Shown here piece by piece: positions 1-12,119 of a stretch of 64,000 nucleotides of DNA (position 1 is its first letter; every line of letters begins with the position of its first letter). Under the pieces are notes generated by a model that made no database searches, had not been told where the DNA came from, and worked only from the letters and a program-made list of their open reading frames with translations. A program made the position numbers and the translations under genes. The DNA is taken from contig NC_043015.1 in assembly GCF_006345805.1 (NCBI RefSeq), positions 38,068,001 to 38,132,000 on the forward strand. Direction: 5' to 3'. This DNA is from Octopus sinensis. Lineage: Eukaryota.

Positions 1-161
1 ATAAATTTATATATGTATATAAAAACTATTAAATTCAAATATATATTAAGATATATATTTATGTATATGTATACGTATACACACACACACATTCATATAT
101 ACGTAGACATATACATGCATATATAAATGTAATCATATATATACATCTCCATACCTACAGT

Positions 162-223
<62 letters not shown>

Positions 224-1347
224 CAATGTCCTTTGATTCCAAATATTATTCATTTATTTATCGTCCACGTCAGTTACTCAATGTAGTTCCGTTAGTAAAC
301 AGACTGAAACATTTTGATGATATTTTGAATCACTACATCGACTTCCGGTTATATTCTAATCACGCGTAAAGATAAAACGAAGGCATCGGTATCATTTACA
401 TGCTTTAATACCGCACGATCTTTTGTGTCCTTATACAAATGATCTATCTCCCTGCCACCCACCCGAAGGGGGCTAAGAGCGTGTGTGATTGTTGTTACCA
501 AATTGACTAAACACTCGACAGAAGAGCATAATTACCTGTTGCCACTGTTGTTGCTTCATTAATGTGCATAGTAATGGCTTATAAAGATAGCGACGAGCAG
601 CAGATAGCAAAGAGCGTGTCTCTGATATTCTGTTTACAAGCATGATTGAATTCTCTTCTGGAATATGTGTGTGCTTTGAGGAAAATTCTTTGTAATTTTC
701 GCCAACTAAATGGATTTACGATGCTTGTCTATTAAACGAAACATGTTTAAGATGGGTTGTTTGATAGGTTTTTATAGTCCAATCCTGTGTCGTTAATAGG
801 TTTTTCCCGTTCGTTGCATACACATTTCATGCGGACAGCCAGATTACTGTTAAGCCAAGAGGCAAAGCTTTCAAAATGGACGCCATTTGTCATTAGAAAA
901 CAAAGGAAGTGTAAGATATTTCATTATCGCCATATTGATTCCCTTTCACCAGGGACATGGCCAAGACCAGTTTTTGTCGGTGAGAGTTGAGTATAAACGA
1001 TTATATTATAATATAATTACTAGTACTCATTTTATCGATTAGGAAAAGGATAAAAGATAAAGCTCAGCTTTGTGGGATATTTATATTTTTAAATTCTAAA
1101 CATAAAAGGGGAGGAAAATTGAATATCGCAAGTAATGAATTTAGCTCGGTGCTGTTCTAGACTTTCTCTCAACTCATCACAACTTCGATTATCTAAACAT
1201 TTACTGGAAAATTCTTTATACTTACCAGATGAGTTATGGTCATATTAACTCTTAGAGCGTTCATTTTATCGTTGTCGTCTAGTATGCATGTGTGTTTTTT
1301 CTTAGTGAGCTCCGCATGCGTTGCGCGTATGTGTGGTAGTATATATG

Positions 1348-1378
<31 letters not shown>

Positions 1379-1901
1379 ACAGATTACAGTAGTATCAGCG
1401 CCAAGCTTTATTTAAGCGTAAGCGAACCTCAGGCTAGTTAAAATATGTTTGTGGCATATTTCAACCTTTAAAGGCAGATTCACTGCAGTTACCGAGGAGA
1501 AAAAGTCTCTCTTATGGTAAAAAGGTGTAAAAAATCCATATCTTTACAGTTTTTCTTCCTGTCGGATTCCCAGACGCATTTCTAGATCTAGAAATGCGTC
1601 TAGGAATTCTTACCTCCCCCCACCTCTATACCAAAGTAATATTTATTCTTTTTACTGACTGGTTGGTTAATTCCTATTTAACACGTCACCTGATGCTTCT
1701 CATTCATTACACTTTATTTTTCTATATCTCGGTAAAAGAGGGATTCAGTCGATGACATCGACCTTAATACACGACGGGTACTATAGTTTATAATTCCTGG
1801 AGGTTATGAAAACAAAATGGATTTCGCCAGGTTTTTAAATCAAAACGTATAGAAAGTCAAAAGACATACTGCAAAGCATTTCTTTGCGTAAAGTAGAAAG
1901 G

Positions 1902-1952
<51 letters not shown>

Positions 1953-1958
1953 ATTTAA

Positions 1959-2128
1959 AGCGGCAAGCTGACAGAGTCGTTAGCACGCCGGGCGAAATGC
2001 TTAGCGGTATTTTGTCCGTTGCTTTGTTCTCAGTTCAAATTCCGCCGAGGTCGACTTTGCCTTTCATCCTTTCGGGTTTGATAAATTAAGTACCAGTGAA
2101 ACATTTAGGTCGATGTGATCGACTGCCC
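1959..2128 (+). mobile_element. tRNA-derived SINE, family A (central domain resembles Meta/MESC-type SINE domain)
   Basis: Pol III-like head (GGCAAGCTGACAGAGTCGTTAGC...GTTCAAATTCC) followed by GACTTTGCCTTTCATCCTTTCGGGTTTGATAAATTAAGTACCAG; many other copies in the window; follows an (ATT)n tract. Confidence 0.8.
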
Positions 2129-2229
2129 TTGTGTAAATAATGCATTATTATTATTATTATGTAAATAATGCATTCTTCTTCTTCTTCTTCTTCTTCTCCC
2201 CCTCCTCCCTCTTCTTCCTCTTCTTCTTC

Positions 2230-2278
<49 letters not shown>

Positions 2279-2939
2279 TATTATTATTATTATTATTAAT
2301 TGTTAGCCAGAGGTGGAAGAGTGGTGGCGGGGAGTGGTATTAGTAATGGTGGTGGTAGGGCTGGCTCGAAATCACATGATTGGGAATAGAAAACTTCCTC
2401 GACTCACATCCTACTGTTTTCTTTTTTCTTTTAAAAAGAAAGTAGTACTTTGAATAATTTAGTCCTTGATACTCTTGGTGTGAAAAAGGTTAGGCCGTAC
2501 AGTCAGGGCAGCAAAGTACTTTGGGCAACGACGACAACGACAACAACGGCATCATCATCATCAACAACAAAAGCAGCAGCAATAAAAAATGCCTGTATCT
2601 AGGCAGAACGATCTGGCGCAGCTGTGTGGCCGCTGGCAATTTGGCACGGCTGATACGACGTTCAGCATGTTTCGGTGACAGTACTTTGTATTACTGGCAG
2701 AAAACACATGCACACAGACACACATATGCACATACACACACTAACACGCGCATATGCACACGCACGCATACACACACACACAATCACGCGCAGATAGAAA
2801 GTGTGATGGGGAGAGAGGGAAAGAGAGACATTAAAATTTATTAATTTAACACGATTGAAACAAACACTTTTCTGCTTCTCTTACACATAAAAAGAAATAT
2901 GATCGCATACATAAACAAAGAAGGAAAGAGAGAGACAGA

Positions 2940-2975
<36 letters not shown>

Positions 2976-3575
2976 AAGGGAGAGAGAGAGAGAGAGAAAG
3001 GGAGAGAGAGGAAAAAGAAAGAGAGATAGAGAGACGGAAGCAAAGAAATTATGAAAGAAATATTAAAACGTTTGATAAGTCAGCGTCGACTCAATGGCAG
3101 CATAGGCGGCGCTATTACGGATGTAGCGAAACGTCTCATACTTGTGTATGGGTTAGGTTTACACTCAGCCTTTGTGTTCAGGTGGAAGTTCAACTTGAGT
3201 TAAAAAGAAAAAACCCAAAGAAAACCAAAACAACAACACCAACGAAATACATCTGTTTTTACCAGTCACTATGTACTCTTTTTCTCTGCAAAGAGTGCAA
3301 CTTAAAGACTGAAAACTCCTCGTTCAAACAAAAGATCTGTGAGAAATGAGATGAGCAGATTAACGTAGACCCAGTGTTTACTCTCCTCCAGTTTCTTTTT
3401 TCTGTCGCTATTGATGTTGTTGTTGCTGTAGTATTCTGTGTTGTAACACTTAACAGATGTTCAGTCGGATATATATATATATATATATATATAAATTTAG
3501 CATATAACAACACGTATATATATAAATATATATGTGTGTGTGTATGTGTGAGTGTGTATGTGTATGCATGCATGT

Positions 3576-3865
3576 ATTACGGAGATGTACTTGCATAGCA
3601 AGTGACTTGATTTGAGATCGTGTGCTAAAACAAAAACAATTGCAGTGTGGAAGGTGTTTATAAGCCTTTTAAAAACACACAAAACGCGTTAGATTCACTT
3701 CAACATTTCAATTCCGTTCAGCACAGAATTTTGTCAGTGAACAGGTCGCGGTTTCAAAGCGACGACAATATTTTGAAAAATTAAATTTAAATGTTGAAAT
3801 GAATCTAACAGTTTTTCTGTGTTTTTAAATGGTTTATAAACGCCTTCCATGCTGCAATTGTTTTT
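3576..3865. mobile_element. Fold-back (inverted repeat) element with a degenerate hammerhead motif; probable non-autonomous Penelope-like element
   Basis: Arms ~3632-3708 and ~3789-3865 are reverse complements; hammerhead-like motif at 3731-3779; flanked by (TG)/(TATG)n tracts. Confidence 0.6.
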
Positions 3866-4182
3866 GTATGTATGTATGTATGTATGTATGTATGTATGTA
3901 TGTATGTATGTATGTATGTATGTATGTATGTATATAAGTGTGCGCGCGCGCGTATATGTGTAAAACGTTGAATGTGGATTTGTCCTTTAATTGGAGTGGT
4001 TTGCAAAATGATTTCTAACGTTGATTCTTCATACTTTGGAGAGAATTTACTGGTGTAAATTGGCGTAGATATGAAAAATGTATCCTATAACTTAATATAT
4101 ATATGTGTGTGTGTGTATGCGTGTGTGTGTGTATATACGTGTATATGTGGGCCTGTTTTAATATATGTATGTATATTCATAT

Positions 4183-4362
4183 TTTTACTTGTTTCAGTCG
4201 TTTAACTACGGCCATGGTGGAGCACCACCTTAAGGGATTTTAATCGAACAAATCGATACTAGAACTTATTCTTTGTAAGCCTAGTACTTATTCTATTGAA
4301 CTTTGTGCCGAACCACTAGGTTACGGTGACGTAAACAAACCAGCATCGGTTGTCAAGCACAC
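4183..4362 (-). mobile_element. SINE family B, 3' portion
   Basis: Matches copies at 8609-8909 and 39456-39847 (TTTACTTGTTTCAGTC...GGCCATG.TGGAGCACC...TAAGCCTAGTACTTATTCTAT). Confidence 0.8.
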
Positions 4363-4427
4363 AAATATATACATAGATATATACATACATTCAGACACAC
4401 ACACACACACGCACATACATATATATA

Positions 4428-5638
4428 CAGGGGTTGGACAAAATAATGGAAACATCTAGCATCATAATTTTGAAATATCTATAAAACCATCAAAAGCTTG
4501 TTTATTTTGTTTTTTGATTTATTATTAGTGTTGCTTAATATATTTTGCTAAAATTGCTGTTTCTTTTCAGATATCATCATAAAAAGGTAATTAAAATTCA
4601 TGAAAATGACAGATCTATCGAACTTTCAAAGAATCAAATTGTTGGGGCTCGTATGGCAGGCGCTAGCATAACGAAACCAGCTGAAATGTTTGGTGTATCA
4701 AGAAGTACTGTCTCGAAAGTAACTACAGCCTTTGAGAAAGAAGGAAAAACCTCATCGTCGAAACAAAACTCCGGAAGAAAACCAAAACTTTCAGTTAGGG
4801 ACCGTTGGACACTTATGCAAATTGTTAGAAAGGATTACAAAAGTACAGCTCCCAAAATTCGCCGGAAGTTGTACAAAGCCGGATTTCACGGGAGGGCTGC
4901 AATCAGAAAACCACTACTTTCAAAAACAAACGTTGTAAAGCGTTTAGAGTGGAGTAAAAACCCACATAATTGGTCTCTATAGCAGTGGAAGAATGTTATT
5001 TTCTCGGACGAGTCATGCTTTACCTTATTTCCGACCAGTGGCCCAGTATACATGTAGAGATAGACAAAAGAAGCATTTGACCCAGACTGCCTTCATCCAA
5101 CTGTTAAACATGGAGGAAGATCTGTAATGATCTGAGGGAGCTATATCTTAGAAATCCACCGGCCCAATGGTTCCCCTTCATGGCAGAATCAAGAGTCGAG
5201 ATTATTTAAGCATTTTATCTGATCAAATTCATCCTATGGTTGCGGAACTGTTTTCGGAGTGAAACGCAATCTTTCAAGATGATAATGCCCCAATTCACAC
5301 AGCTGAAGTTGTTAGTGAAAGGTACGAGGAGCATTCTAGTGAAATTGAACATCTTATCTGGCCACCACAGTCCCCATATCTCAATATTATTGAAAATTTA
5401 TGGTGCATTTTAGAAAAAGAAGTAAGGAGTCGATATCCTCCACCATCATCACTACAAGAACTGAGGATTCTTTTAGCTGAAGAATGGACAACATTTCTTT
5501 TGGAAACAATTCAAATTTTGTACGAGTCTATACTTCGTAGAATTCAAGCTGTAATTATTGCCAAAGGTGGTCCTAGCCCATATTAAAATTAATTTGTTTG
5601 AAATTTTAAGGTCTTTCTATTATTCTATCCAACCCATG
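4428..5638 (+). mobile_element. Tc1/mariner DNA transposon (DD36E spacing), defective
   Basis: TA at both flanks; left TIR CAGGGGTTGGACAAAATAATGGAAAC with imperfect complement CTTTCTATTATTCTATCCAACCCATG at the right end; internal transposase remnants. Confidence 0.92.
4606..5586 (+). pseudogene. Tc1-like transposase pseudogene
   Basis: HTH region (QIVGARMAGAS...FGVSRSTVSK...SGRKPKLS), FSDES, FQDDNAPIH, WPPQSPYLNIIENLW, ends KGGPSPY*; several stops and frameshifts. Confidence 0.92.
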
Positions 5639-5859
5639 TATATATATGAGAATTTAAAATCATTTCTTTAACTTTGTAAGACATCTCAACGCTTCTAAGG
5701 CAAACTTCGATGTTTGTTTACTTTCATCGTAATTTGAATTTAATATATATAAATCAGTAAATGGTGGGGTTGGTTGTGTTGACCGCACGTGGAGAAATGA
5801 TAGGAGAGGAAAAATTATAATAAGGCAGAATGCTAAATTGAAAGTAAATTTTAATAAAA

Positions 5860-6711
5860 ATGGGTGAGCCCAACTTCTCCTGTTCCTCCGAGAACCTCAT
5901 CTACGTTCTCACATGCGCCGGTTGCCAACACAATTATGTTGGACAAACGAGCCTTCCTTTACTTAGAAGAGTAGCGGTCCATAAAGAACAGATAAATCTC
6001 CCACAATACCGTCAAATTCCACTAAGTAACCACATAGACTCTTGCGCTAGAGACAAAAATACTAAATTTCACATATTCCCTTTCTACCAATGTAAAGACG
6101 GAATCTCTACACAAGAAAGAATCAACAAGGAGAATCTTTTCATTGAAAAATTCCAAACGCATCTTAATATGCAAACTCCACGATGACCATACTCCTTTTC
6201 TAGCATCCTATATGACAAAAAATTGATATAGGCATCCTGTTTGACAAAAAATCCATCATTCCAATTGAAGAGTATAACATCCACAGAATTGTCTCTCCTA
6301 ACTCACAGGAACTGGATAACTCCTACCCCATTTCCTGTTTTGACACTTTTTTACCAAACGCTTTAAACCAAGCACTACTTTTAATCACATGGATCTTAAT
6401 CCTCCAAAGAAATTTTTCCAAGGACTATTATTGAACTCTAAAACTATAAAGACTCTACAATGTATCGGTATACTTATTTATTAATATTTCTATATATGTA
6501 TTATTATTTTTTTGAAAAAAACATTGTAAATTTCTTTTTTCCCCTTCCTCAATTTAAAAAAAATTATTTTCCCCTTCCAAATCTTGAAAATTTGCCTTGC
6601 GATGAAAACCGGTTTGATTTATTATTTTTTCTTTTTTTTTAATTTTCCATACACCCATTTTTATTAAAATTTACTTTCAATTTAGCATTCTGCTCTATTA
6701 TAATTTTTCCT

Positions 6712-6715
<4 letters not shown>
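5860..6715 (+). mobile_element. Penelope-like element 3' end: GIY-YIG endonuclease remnant (ORF 5860-6186) plus 3' UTR/pLTR
   Basis: FSCSSENLIYVLTCAGCQHNYVGQT...RRVAVH...HI...E..FI..F...LN is the Penelope-type GIY-YIG signature with CxxC; hammerhead downstream; ends at (TA)n. Confidence 0.88.
6579..6620 (+). ncRNA. Minimal type I hammerhead ribozyme motif, U3-A8 core variant
   Basis: AAAUC-UUGAAAA-U-UUGC cuu GCGA-U-GAAA-ACCGGU-UU-GAUUU: stem I AAAUC/GAUUU, stem II UUGC/GCGA, palindromic stem III AACCGGUU. Confidence 0.65.
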
Positions 6716-6745
<30 letters not shown>

Positions 6746-6746
<1 letters not shown>

Positions 6747-6776
6747 TAGCAGAAATATCGGGCCTTGCTCGGGCTA
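6746..6776 (-). mobile_element. Isolated Helitron-like 3' terminus (hairpin + CTAG)
   Basis: Minus strand reads GCCCGAGCAAGGCCCGATATTTCTGCTAG|T; resembles the terminus at 20830-20860. Confidence 0.45.
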
Positions 6777-6798
6777 AAATGACAGTTTTTTTTATTGC

Positions 6799-7085
6799 TT
6801 TACTTGTTTCAGTCATGTGACTGTGGCCATGCTGGAGCATCACCGATGGTTGAATTAATCAACCACAGGATTTATCCTTTGTAAGCCTAGTACTTATTTT
6901 ATCAGTGTCTTTTACCGAACTGCTAAGTTATGGGAATGTAAACACAGCAACATCGGTTGTCAAGCAATGGTGGGGATACAAACACACTCACACACACAAA
7001 TATACACATATATACAACAGTCTTTTTTCAGTGTTCGTGTACGAAACCCACTCACAAGGCTTTGGTCGACCTGAATCTATAATAT
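6799..7085 (-). mobile_element. SINE family B, 5'-truncated
   Basis: High similarity to 8609-8909. Confidence 0.8.
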
Positions 7086-7744
7086 AATTCTATAAATGAG
7101 TGAAATATTGAATCTATACATAAATTGAATTAATTATATAATAAGTTTAACTAATTTGCGTGTATATAATTGAACCATTTTTCTACTTTTAATTCTTGTA
7201 TTTATAGTTTGTGGGATTTTTTTGTATATATTACATAATTGGAATAGGATTAAACTTAGATGTTTATTTAATAAATACATAAATAAATAATTTAATGGAT
7301 ATACATTGGATTATAGTATTTTAGCTTCACTTAAAGTATATTATGTATTTTATATATATATATATATATATTGTTTTAAATATTTTCTTTTAATTACTTG
7401 TATCTTAATTTTCCAGTAATGATATACTATGGTTTGTTATTTTTATTCTATAAGCTAAAATATATTTTCATTGATAAAATAAATATTTCTCTTTATTTAT
7501 TCTAGTTTTATTTACGCCACGTTTTTAATGAGATAAATTTATTATAAACACTAGATCCTACGTATTAAGTTTAAAGATTTAGTTAACAGAATATATTCGA
7601 TAAGATATTTCGTGTTTTTGTTTTAAGATATATTGTTGAATTTTGTTCGATTTTTATTGAAAAATTACGTATATTTATATATATTTATATTTTCTTATAA
7701 GATAATATACGTACATTTATTTAATTATTTTATTGTTTTTATCT

Positions 7745-7827
7745 TGGACCTGATGAATGACTATTTAAATTGAATTGATTTTATTGTTATCAAATTGAAA
7801 ATATAGCCACGAAACACGTGTAGTGTA
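7745..7827 (+). ncRNA. Type I hammerhead ribozyme motif within an AT-rich non-coding element (~7100-7970)
   Basis: CUGAUGA (7750-7756), stem II UGACUAU/AUAGCCA, GAAAC-ACGU-GUA (7811-7822); stem I short. Confidence 0.6.
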
Positions 7828-8024
7828 TTTACTAATTATATACTATTTATTCATTATTTCGTCCTTTATTTAGTTCTAGGTAAATGTTTTATCGTATCTT
7901 TAATTTTTTCTATATGGTATGATTTAAGTATATCATTGTTGAACTGCTACATGGTGGTTCTTCTTTATATACATGCATTATATATAAATATATATACACA
8001 TACATGCATATATATATATATGCC

Positions 8025-8055
<31 letters not shown>

Positions 8056-8056
8056 G

Positions 8057-8116
<60 letters not shown>

Positions 8117-8124
8117 TATATATG

Positions 8125-8166
<42 letters not shown>

Positions 8167-8563
8167 AGATTTCACAGGCACAGGGAGATCCCTGCCGTAA
8201 GGCTTTACTTCCACACACACCAGCTTAATTTAATTCGTCCTTAGTCGAAAGACACCTGTTGTTGTGTCCTTTTATTTGTGTTTGTGTAACATTCTCCGTT
8301 TTTTCCGTCTTTGTTTTCGTATACATTCGTTGCTTTCTTCCAAGGAATATAATGTTCTTAGCTTAGTTTTCCTTGGGGCTGACCAGATTGGAGCAATCTC
8401 GAGTATAACCAATCGAATTTGCAAAGATAATCTGGAACTCGACTGAGGAAAGAATACTCCGAATGACCCGTCCTTGTTTTCTTTGTATCGTCTATCTGGA
8501 TGTTTTGTTGTCCCTTTTTTGTATTACATGTCTGGACGTTTTGTATTGTCTCATCCAATTTTG

Positions 8564-8596
<33 letters not shown>

Positions 8597-8608
8597 CTCT
8601 TTTACTCG

Positions 8609-8909
8609 TTTACTTGTTTCAGTCATTCGACTGTGGCCATGCTGGAGCACCGCCTTTAGTCGAGCAAATCGACTCCAGGACTTATTCTATCGGTTTCTTT
8701 TGTCGAATCGCTAAGTTACGGGGACGTAAACACACCAGCATCGGTTATCACGTGATGTTTGGGGGACAAATATATATATACATATATACGACGGGCTTCT
8801 TTCAATTTCCGTCTACCAAATCCAGTCACAAGGCTTTAGTTTGCCCGAGGCTATAGTAGAAGATACTTGCCCAAAGTGCCACGTAGTGGAACTGAACCCG
8901 GAACCATGT
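8609..8909 (-). mobile_element. tRNA-derived SINE family B with LINE-derived 3' tail
   Basis: Minus strand has B-box-like GGTTCCGGGTTCAGTTCC and the tail GGCGGTGCTCCAGCATGGCCACAGTCGAATGACTGAAACAAGTAAA. Confidence 0.85.
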
Positions 8910-8911
8910 TA

Positions 8912-8946
<35 letters not shown>

Positions 8947-10541
8947 TTTTTAATTTTTTATTATAATAAAAACAATGAGACTAATACTTGGGATGTGAGA
9001 GAACCTACGTAGTCGTTTATTTTCTGTATTACATGAGACTTGATCTGGGAGGCAAATGACGACGTAGGATCACCGAGTAGGCCTGTTTGTGTTCATTCGA
9101 TTTATTAGAATTATCAGCTAAATTTCTCGCCAATTACACCCTACCGCATTGAGAAAGTAAATACATTTCGGATAATTTGGTCTTACATAGGCTCTACTTG
9201 AAAACAAAACGGGATGGTCAAGGTTGGAAATGTCTTTAATCATTGGAGTATTCGGTGAGAACTGCTGCGAGTATAAACCACAAAATAAATAAATAAATGA
9301 ATCAGCAGAGATGATAACGGTGACGAGGAAAACAACAGCAACAAGATCGAATGCATAAATGAGAGGAGTTTTGGAAAAATAAATTACTAAATCTTCAAGT
9401 AATTAATGTCCAATAACAGAATTCGATAATGTGAAAAACTATTCTTTAAGCAAACAAATCAAATATGGCCGCCCTAACAATAGGTTACTGCAGCATCGTT
9501 TATCCATCATTATTTAACACACAGTATTAAGATGGAAGTAGCAGACGATAATATACAACCAACCAACCAACCAACCAACCAACCAACCAACCAACCAACC
9601 AACCAACCAACCAACCAGCCAGCCAACCAACCAGTCAGACAGACAGCAGGCAAGCAGACTTACTGTACAGTACAATACAGGTTATTATAGCCAACTTAAT
9701 GCTTTCGTTCAACAAATTGTAGCTTCAACAATGAACACACACAATGAAAAACATTATTTATACCGGAGGCATTATAAAGTATTTGTGAACAATAATTGTT
9801 CCTGTGTCAGCGCAATATTTTTCTCCATTTCCTATTTTACTTCTTTTCTTTCTCAAGATCGAAGATTTTAACGCGTGGACAAATCTATCTTTAGGAGAGA
9901 AGTAATATCTATCTACAGAGAAAAAGAAAGAAGTAGCAGAAGAAAGAAAATAAGAAAGACCCCGTTAGCTGAATATCCGCTATCAACTAGTTTGCTTTTC
10001 ACGTTTAGAAAATAGCCTTTGGTATTTTTTTTTTCGTGTTTCGTTTCAAAGAGACTAAAATAAACGGTAAACATTGTTATAATATTACTTCTTATGAGTG
10101 TTTTACCTCTGTCAAAATAGGTTTTATTAGTATTACTATTATTTTTTTGTTGTCCAGTGCGAAATTGCTAAATTACTTTTGAACGGAATAAAAGTTCCCA
10201 ATACAAAAAGTTCTGTTGAGAAGAGAGCAGCAGATCTTAAAGAATACTGATTCAATTCCAGCCACAGACGAAAGGAATTTATAAAAGTATAAAATGGAGA
10301 CAGAGAATCATCAATTGTAGAGAATCTTGCCGACATAGAGTAAGCCTCTACTTACCTGATGTCTGTATGTGTGTGTATGTATGTATGTATGTATGTATGT
10401 ATGTATGTATGTATGTATATGTGCGTGTGTGTGTATGTATGTATGTATATATACATATATATGTATGTATGTGTGTGTATATATATATATATATACACAC
10501 GCATATAGTAAATATATATACATACATACATATATACATAT

Positions 10542-10582
<41 letters not shown>

Positions 10583-10829
10583 CTCACACACACATTCTAA
10601 ATAACTGATATGGAAGCCAGAGTAGGCTGCAAACTTTATCACAACATACAACGATCGTTTCCGTTTAGTTCTGCATTGCTCCCTAGTGGGTGGGGAATGA
10701 CATGATGAATTTCATTGCACCCCACAGTGCAGACATGCCTCATCAGATGACATAATAGAGTTCCAAGTTACGTGACATTTCGGGACTACTACCAACATCA
10801 TCATCGAGCTAAGCCTATGAGCGAAATGT

Positions 10830-11875
10830 CACTTATGTAACTTGGAACCCTATTATGTCACCTGATGAGGCATTAATCCTAAAATATATGAAGAACCTGA
10901 AACCACTGCCAATAAACAAGCAAAATGGATCGAACAGACTACAAAAAGAACGGGCAGAAATAAATTGAGGAGCGGTGAAGCCAGAAGTCTCTGCATGGAC
11001 AGTATATACTTCGAAGTCGAAATGCTGATGTAGACCAAGCAACAACCCATCAATGGCCGAGAAGTTCAGGACTGAAGGCAAAGTCTGAAGGTTTTATATC
11101 AGCGGCACAAAGCTTGCTTACCGAAAACTACCAGGCTAACGTTTTTCAAAATGATTCTGACCCTAAATGTAAATTCTGCGATAAATTTAATGAAACAATA
11201 GACCATCTCGTCTCGGAATGTCCTGTGCTGACATCAAACGAATACAAAAATCGCCATGATAGGATAGGACAGTATTTACACTGGAAAATATGTAAACACT
11301 ACAAAATCGGCACTCCTGCTTACTGATATGAATATTATCCTGACCCAGTCGTTGAAGGTGAAAATGTCACTATCCTCTGAGATTTTCCAGTCAACCCTGA
11401 CAGAACGATCCAGGCTAATCGACCAGATACTGTCGTTAAAAACAGGGAAGGGAATAGTTGTAGTCTAATAGATCTAAGTGTTCCTCCTGATAAAGATATA
11501 TCTGTAAAGGAATTTGACAAATTAAGTAAATATAAGGAATGGAAATTGAAATACAAAAGATGTGGCACCTTAAAACGAGAACTGTTCCTGTTATTGTGAG
11601 TGCCCTAGGTATGATAAGAAAGGGATGTTAGAAACATCTAGATAATATTCCAGGAGAACTATGTCTCAGAGAAATCCAAAGAATTGTGCTAATTGGTACT
11701 GCCCACATCCTTAGAAAAATTCTCACTTTAAATATGTGTTGTATTATATGAAGATATTTCACTACTGCCCCGGCTACTTCCTCTCCCCAAGCTGTCAATC
11801 ATACTGTAACATCTCTTAGCCTTCTTTCGTCCTAGGGCAAGTGATTGTAACAAACATGCAGATTAAAAGTAAATA
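10830..11875 (+). mobile_element. R4/Dong-type non-LTR retrotransposon (REL endonuclease), 5'-truncated and decayed
   Basis: CKFCDKFNETIDHLVSEC zinc knuckle, YKNRHD, RPD...LIDLSVP, ends GTAHILRK; 3' UTR runs into TAA-like repeats. Confidence 0.88.
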
Positions 11876-12119
11876 ATAACAATAATAACAATCATGAAGC
11901 GAATAAACCGGATATTGTGAAAAGCCAAAAGAATAAAGTTTGTTTATTGATCGACATATTTTTGTAATCATAATATCACGGCAAAAGAATTTGATAAGCT
12001 CAGCAAATAGAAAGATTTCCCATTGAAATCGAAAAGAATGTGGCATCTCAAGGCGGTTACAATACCAGTGAGAGTAGGAGTATTTGGAATGATCCGTATT
12101 GAAAGAAGAAAAAAAGAAT

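Noticed and set aside
1959-2050. tRNA genes at SINE heads (also 39780-39847, 51830-51892)
   Set aside because: A/B-box-like motifs only, no complete cloverleaf; they continue into SINE bodies
5660-5745. Possible decayed hammerhead on the minus strand upstream of the GIY-YIG fragment
   Set aside because: Both core segments are mutated (CGAUGA, GAAG); too degenerate
10858-10915. CTGATGAG...GAAAC hammerhead-like words
   Set aside because: No convincing stems I-III; lies in the decayed LINE coding region
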